Notes under the pieces: generated by a model
The model's input: the letters and a program-made list of their open reading frames with translations, nothing else
What the model was told of the DNA's origin: nothing
Database searches by the model: none
In this document: positions 35,604 to 39,662 of the stretch, piece by piece
How the letters are laid out: each line of letters starts with the position of its first letter
Numbering within the stretch: the stretch's first letter is position 1
From: an uncultured Desulfovibrio sp.
Lineage (GTDB): Bacteria; Desulfobacterota; Desulfovibrionia; Desulfovibrionales; Desulfovibrionaceae
DNA length: 39,662 bases
Assembly (NCBI GenBank): GCA_964397795.1
Contig: CAYNKM010000001.1
Coordinates: forward strand, 1-39,662
Direction: 5' to 3'
Translations under genes and position numbers: made by a program

Positions 35604-37214
35604 TTAATTACTTGCAAGACAAGCCTTAAGATCTTCTTCAGGCGTAGTCATGAGCCGTAAACCCCAATTTTCTACCAGAACCTTAAGAATATCAGGTGTA
35701 ATGAAGGCCGGAAGAGTAGGACCAAGAATAATGTTCCGCACACCCAGGGACAATAGGGTGAGCAAAATGGCTACAGCCTTTTGCTCATACCAAGATATAT
35801 TCATGGATAGGGGAAGATCGTTCACGTCGCATTTCAACGCTTCGGCCAGCCCAACAGCTGTCATAATGGCGGTATAGGCATCATTGCACTGGCCACAATC
35901 CATATAACGGGGGAAAGATCCAAGCTTTCCGAGATCTTCCTCAAAAAAGCGGTATTTTCCGCAAGCCAGAGTCAGAACGACAGTATCTTTGGGGGTCTGT
36001 TTTACAAATTCGGTATAATATTTTCTGGATGGGAAAGTTCCGTCACAGCCTCCCACGAGAAAAATATGTTTAAGGGCCCCCTTGTCAACGGCATCAATAA
36101 TCGCGGGGATAGCGTTTTTAAGAGTTTCCCTGCCAAATCCGGTCATTACTTCCTTGCCAGGATCGTCATCGGTAAAACCTTCCATTTCAAGAGCCATTGC
36201 TATCGGCACGCTAAAATCCCTGTTATAGCAGTGAGGGCATCCCTCCCAGCCCGTCGCCCCGGCTGTAAACATCCTCTGATCATAACCTTTTGGCGCCTGC
36301 AGACAATTAGTATTGAATATAATCGGACCAGGGAAATGCGGGAACTCTTTTTGCTGATTTTCCCAGGCGGTGCCGAAATTGCCTACCAGATGCTTATATT
36401 TCTTCAAGTGTGGGTAGCCATGGGCGGGAAGCATTTCACCATGGGTATAAACATTTATGCCTGTGCCTTCGGTCTGTTTAAGCAGCTCTTCCAGATCAAG
36501 CAGATCATGGCCAGACATAAGGATTGCCTTGCCTTTTTTATGACCTGTTGAAAAAGTCGTTGGTTCTGGATTGCCGAAATGGCCAGTATTGGCCTTATCC
36601 AGTAACCGCATTGCCGTAAAATTGCCTTTGCCGACTTCAAGGGCCAGATCCAGCCATCCGCCCAGATCCCTTACCTCATTATCCCATTCCGAACCTGCCA
36701 GCAACGCCTTGCGGAAAAAACGGGAAAGATCCTTGTCCCTCTCGCCAAGGCGGGCGGCATGAGTTTTATAAGCCGCGGCTCCCTTAAGGCCATAAAGAAT
36801 AATCTGCATCGCGCTTGTAACATTCGCGTCTGTGCTGAATACGTCCGGCGCGACCAAAGATTCCGGCAGAAGCGCCAGATATTCCTCCAGCGTCCCTTTC
36901 AGAAAATCCGCATTTTCTCCCAGCTGCGAGGCCAGATTGCGGGAATAGTCAAAAGCTTGCTGTTGAAAAGCCTTTAATCCCTTTGGATCAAAATTAACGT
37001 TTGTTAATGTGGCAAAGAGTGCTTCGGCCAGAAAATCATCGTAAAGAGTTGTATCAATGCCTTTTTCATCCGCCTTATTGAGCAGATTGGAAAGATAGCG
37101 AAGCTGATAAATAAGCTGATCCTGATCTTTCGCGGCATCCGGCTTTTTGCCACATACGCCAGTTATTGTGCAAGCCACTCCCTTCGCAGTCTGTTGACAC
37201 TGGTTACAGAACAT
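35604..37214 (-). CDS. hcp: Hybrid cluster protein (hydroxylamine/NO reductase), class I
   Basis: N-terminal C-x2-C-x8-C-x5-C; hybrid-cluster ligand motifs GHDL, THGEML, TNCL, GGCDG, LACGK, GQCND and WYEQKA are all present. Confidence 0.97.
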   Translation of the reverse strand: MFCNQCQQTAKGVACTITGVCGKKPDAAKDQDQLIYQLRYLSNLLNKADEKGIDTTLYDDFLAEALFATLTNVNFDPKGLKAFQQQAFDYSRNLASQLGENADFLKGTLEEYLALLPESLVAPDVFSTDANVTSAMQIILYGLKGAAAYKTHAARLGERDKDLSRFFRKALLAGSEWDNEVRDLGGWLDLALEVGKGNFTAMRLLDKANTGHFGNPEPTTFSTGHKKGKAILMSGHDLLDLEELLKQTEGTGINVYTHGEMLPAHGYPHLKKYKHLVGNFGTAWENQQKEFPHFPGPIIFNTNCLQAPKGYDQRMFTAGATGWEGCPHCYNRDFSVPIAMALEMEGFTDDDPGKEVMTGFGRETLKNAIPAIIDAVDKGALKHIFLVGGCDGTFPSRKYYTEFVKQTPKDTVVLTLACGKYRFFEEDLGKLGSFPRYMDCGQCNDAYTAIMTAVGLAEALKCDVNDLPLSMNISWYEQKAVAILLTLLSLGVRNIILGPTLPAFITPDILKVLVENWGLRLMTTPEEDLKACLASN

Positions 37215-37253
37215 GAAAGCTCCTTTAAATAATTTTTTCAGGATTATCCCTTA

Positions 37254-37395
37254 CAAGATGTCTCAACATCAAATTATTATTTGATTTTGAGAAGATCATT
37301 CGCCAAAAAACGTCGTTTTTGGCTCATTTTCGACGCTTATCGCGTCGCGCTATACTACCGTATAGCGTCTAGAAGCCATTTATGAGATGGCTTCC
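37254..37395 (-). repeat. MITE/REP-like multi-hairpin element, family A copy 2 (inverted relative to copy 1)
   Basis: Reverse complement matches 33531-33663. It is flanked by TA on both sides (37252-37253 and 37396-37397) and sits 39 nt upstream of the hcp ATG. Confidence 0.9.
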
Positions 37396-37457
37396 TAGAA
37401 CCGGGTTATGACGGTAAGGACTCCTGCCAGAAGCATAGCAAATTTTTAAATCATATT

Positions 37458-38255
37458 CTATTTATTATCATAAAAATTTAATCGTCCTTCCATATAACTT
37501 ACACATTTGGAAAGCAGGAGGGTTATTATAAGATAAAGAAGGGCGACTATGGTATAAGTTTCGAAATACAAATATGTTGTGCCGACAAAGCTTCTGGCGC
37601 TCTGCATGATGTCCGGAACAGCAAGGATGGAAACAAGAGACGTATCCTTGAGCATGGCTATACATTCATTTCCAACAGGGGGCAGAATGGTGCGCCATGC
37701 CTGCGGCAAAATAACCAGAAACATGGTCTGGAACCGATTAAAGCCCAGGGAGCGGGCAGCTTCTGTCTGACCTTTGGGAATTGCCATAATGCCGGCGCGG
37801 AATACTTCTCCCATATATGCTCCATAGCAGATACTTATGGCCGTAACCGCGGAAGTAATGCCGCTGACCTGAAAAAATCTGGATAGCGCATAATAAATAT
37901 AGAATAGCTGCACAAGAAGCGGAATTCCGCGGATGACTTCGACATAAGTTGAGGCAAGCAGATTTATAAATCTATTGCGTGAAATACGGCCAAGGCCGGT
38001 GACAAGACCCAGGGGCACGGCAAAAAGAATGGAAAGCACGGTAATTTCAAAAGTGACAAGAATGCCATCCCCTAGATAGGGAAGAATGAGCTGATATGGG
38101 TCAGGCCACATGACACAGAGCGTAATCATGGCGACAATAGCGCCGGCAAGTGAAATTGACCAGGCATTAATCAGGCGTATTTCCCGTGGATTGGGGATGG
38201 ACGGACCATCCGTAACCATTACAATATTGGCCTTGCTGTCATTCTTGTCCGGCAT
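37458..38255 (-). CDS. Polar amino acid ABC transporter permease (HisM/GlnP family)
   Basis: Motifs YVEVIRGIPLLVQLF, GAYMGEVFRAGI, the EAA motif GQTEAARSLG, and LKDTSL. Confidence 0.95.
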   Translation of the reverse strand: MPDKNDSKANIVMVTDGPSIPNPREIRLINAWSISLAGAIVAMITLCVMWPDPYQLILPYLGDGILVTFEITVLSILFAVPLGLVTGLGRISRNRFINLLASTYVEVIRGIPLLVQLFYIYYALSRFFQVSGITSAVTAISICYGAYMGEVFRAGIMAIPKGQTEAARSLGFNRFQTMFLVILPQAWRTILPPVGNECIAMLKDTSLVSILAVPDIMQSARSFVGTTYLYFETYTIVALLYLIITLLLSKCVSYMEGRLNFYDNK

Positions 38256-38510
38256 TTCTTTCTCCAGTGCGAGATTTATAAATCCGCCGATGCGTTGAAA
38301 AACTGGCAGTCCAGTAACCAGTAATCCTTTGCCTTTTGATTTATAGCCCTTCCTTTGGCTTCATTGTCCGTGAAATCATATGGAAGGATTATCTGGATAA
38401 TTAGGACAATTTTGCGTTATGATTATCCGGACTTGAAAAGGGCCATTCTCACAAGGCGCAATTTCAAATATTTTCACGGTTTTGAATATTGTATTATCAG
38501 AACTATACTC

Positions 38511-39248
38511 TTATTCGCCCATCCACTTTTTCCGCAATTCAGCTTCCTTGCCAGATTCCCTGACTATTTTTATACCCTTGTTGAGCTTGTCAACCAAATC
38601 CTGGCGTCCTTTTTTTACCACAAAACCATACTGTTCAGTATCCCCAGTTTTGAAGGAAAGATCCAGCTTGCCAGCCGTATCCGGCTTTTTATTGACATAA
38701 TACATGGCCACAGGATCGTCACAGATAACAGCGTCCAGCCTGCCGCCAACAAGATCCTGAATTGCAAGACCCACATCGTCATATTCATTTATGGTCTGAT
38801 TCGGTATTGCCTTGCGTATTACATAAATTCCGGTCGTGCCAATCTGTCCGCCCACCTTCTTACCCTTAAGGTCCTGCAGGCTTTTTATTGATTGGCCAGC
38901 CGGCAGCACCACAGCCTGTTCAACCTGATAGTAAGGATCGCTAAAATCAAACTGTTTCTGCCTTTCGGGGGTTATGGTTGTCGAGCTGGCGACAATATCA
39001 TATTTGCCGGTGGCGACATTGCCGAAAATACCGTCCCAGGCCTGATTGATTACATCCACATCAAAGCCCGCGGCCTTTCCAACTTCATTAATATACTCTA
39101 CCGTATATCCGGTTGGCTGCTTGTTGGCATCAAGCAATTCCATGGGAGGCCATGTGCAATCGCTCGCCACAGTATATTTTTCCGCGGTAAATGCCACGCT
39201 GGAAAGCAGCATAAATCCCATAATTGTAAATAGAATCCTTTTAAGCAT
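38511..39248 (-). CDS. Polar (basic) amino acid ABC transporter substrate-binding protein
   Basis: Signal peptide MLKRILF...AFTA, plus D.TWPPME, WDGIF, TITPERQKQFDFSDPY and GGQIGTTG. A GGAGG Shine-Dalgarno supports the ATG at 39248. Confidence 0.93.
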   Translation of the reverse strand: MLKRILFTIMGFMLLSSVAFTAEKYTVASDCTWPPMELLDANKQPTGYTVEYINEVGKAAGFDVDVINQAWDGIFGNVATGKYDIVASSTTITPERQKQFDFSDPYYQVEQAVVLPAGQSIKSLQDLKGKKVGGQIGTTGIYVIRKAIPNQTINEYDDVGLAIQDLVGGRLDAVICDDPVAMYYVNKKPDTAGKLDLSFKTGDTEQYGFVVKKGRQDLVDKLNKGIKIVRESGKEAELRKKWMGE

Positions 39249-39545
39249 TTCTCCTCCTGATTTCCCGTTTTGGATAAAAACAATAAAGACAGGCATGCCA
39301 AATGACTGATAAACAAAAACACAAATATATTTAACTAAAATATGCTATAAAATAAAATTGCCTGCTACGCAAGATATACCAGATTTTAGAATGTGTTAAT
39401 TTTGAAACTTGATATTTTACCAATATTTCCTGAATAAAACCGGAACTGATTCCTGGATTGTCAAATTGTTTTTACAAAAACCCAAATAAATGACGGATAT
39501 TGGAGACCGGTTCAGGTATGAGGCGGCCAAATCATTTAAATTTAA

Positions 39546-39662
39546 GGCTCTGTTAAAATCATCTATTGATGGCAAAGAAAATTCGAAAGTATAATAAAGG
39601 ACAATTTTTTCAATAAGTTATATTTTATAAAAATTAAAGTTTTTTGAAAAAGGGGGTCTGGG
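39546..39662 (+). mobile_element. Partial MITE-like element family B copy, truncated by the window end
   Basis: Begins GGCTCTGTTAAAATCATCTATTGATGG and ends AGTTTTTTGAAAAAGGGGGTCTGGG. It is colinear with minus-strand 7920-7807 (54/80 identities over the first 80 nt by hand, ungapped). Confidence 0.6.

Noticed and set aside
33531-37395. CRISPR-like interpretation of the palindromic repeats
   Set aside because: There are only two long inverted copies, no repeat-spacer periodicity and no cas genes.
38355-38891. 178-aa plus-strand ORF
   Set aside because: It is largely antisense to the ABC binding protein and has no domain features.

Overview
This is a mostly housekeeping chromosomal segment. 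The bacterioferritin type, class I Hcp, glutamine synthetase III and split flagellar operons point to a Desulfovibrio-like bacterium (Desulfovibrionaceae); that assignment is an inference. Gene content from left to right: sbcCD (sbcC runs off the left edge), a sugar O-acetyltransferase, fliL-N-O-P-Q, the thrS-infC-rpmI-rplT-pheS-orf-pheT-merR-rpe-tkt-pgk-era-yggS run, tRNA-Val(GAC), flhF-flhG-fliA-cheY-fliL2 plus two accessory genes, yigZ, an FlK-type thioesterase, bacterioferritin, GSIII, an FKBP PPIase, ADP-ribosylglycohydrolase-thyX, an O-antigen ligase-like gene, a Nim/PNPOx-like gene, hcp, and a polar amino-acid ABC permease and binding protein. I found no CRISPR array, prophage, integrase, transposase or defence system, and no convincing new multi-gene system. 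The most interesting signals are non-coding. (1) Two inverted copies of a ~135-142 bp multi-hairpin MITE-like element bracket the ligase-nim-hcp block. (2) A second ~219 bp MITE-like family with imperfect terminal inverted repeats and an internal sigma70-like promoter sits upstream of fliL, with a partial copy at the right edge. (3) A structured rpmI-rplT spacer is a candidate L20 leader. (4) A Fur-like box lies between bfr and an orphan ORF. Protein-level oddities are an RKR-type ThyX motif, a FipA/SwrB-like gene and an ORF inserted between pheS and pheT.
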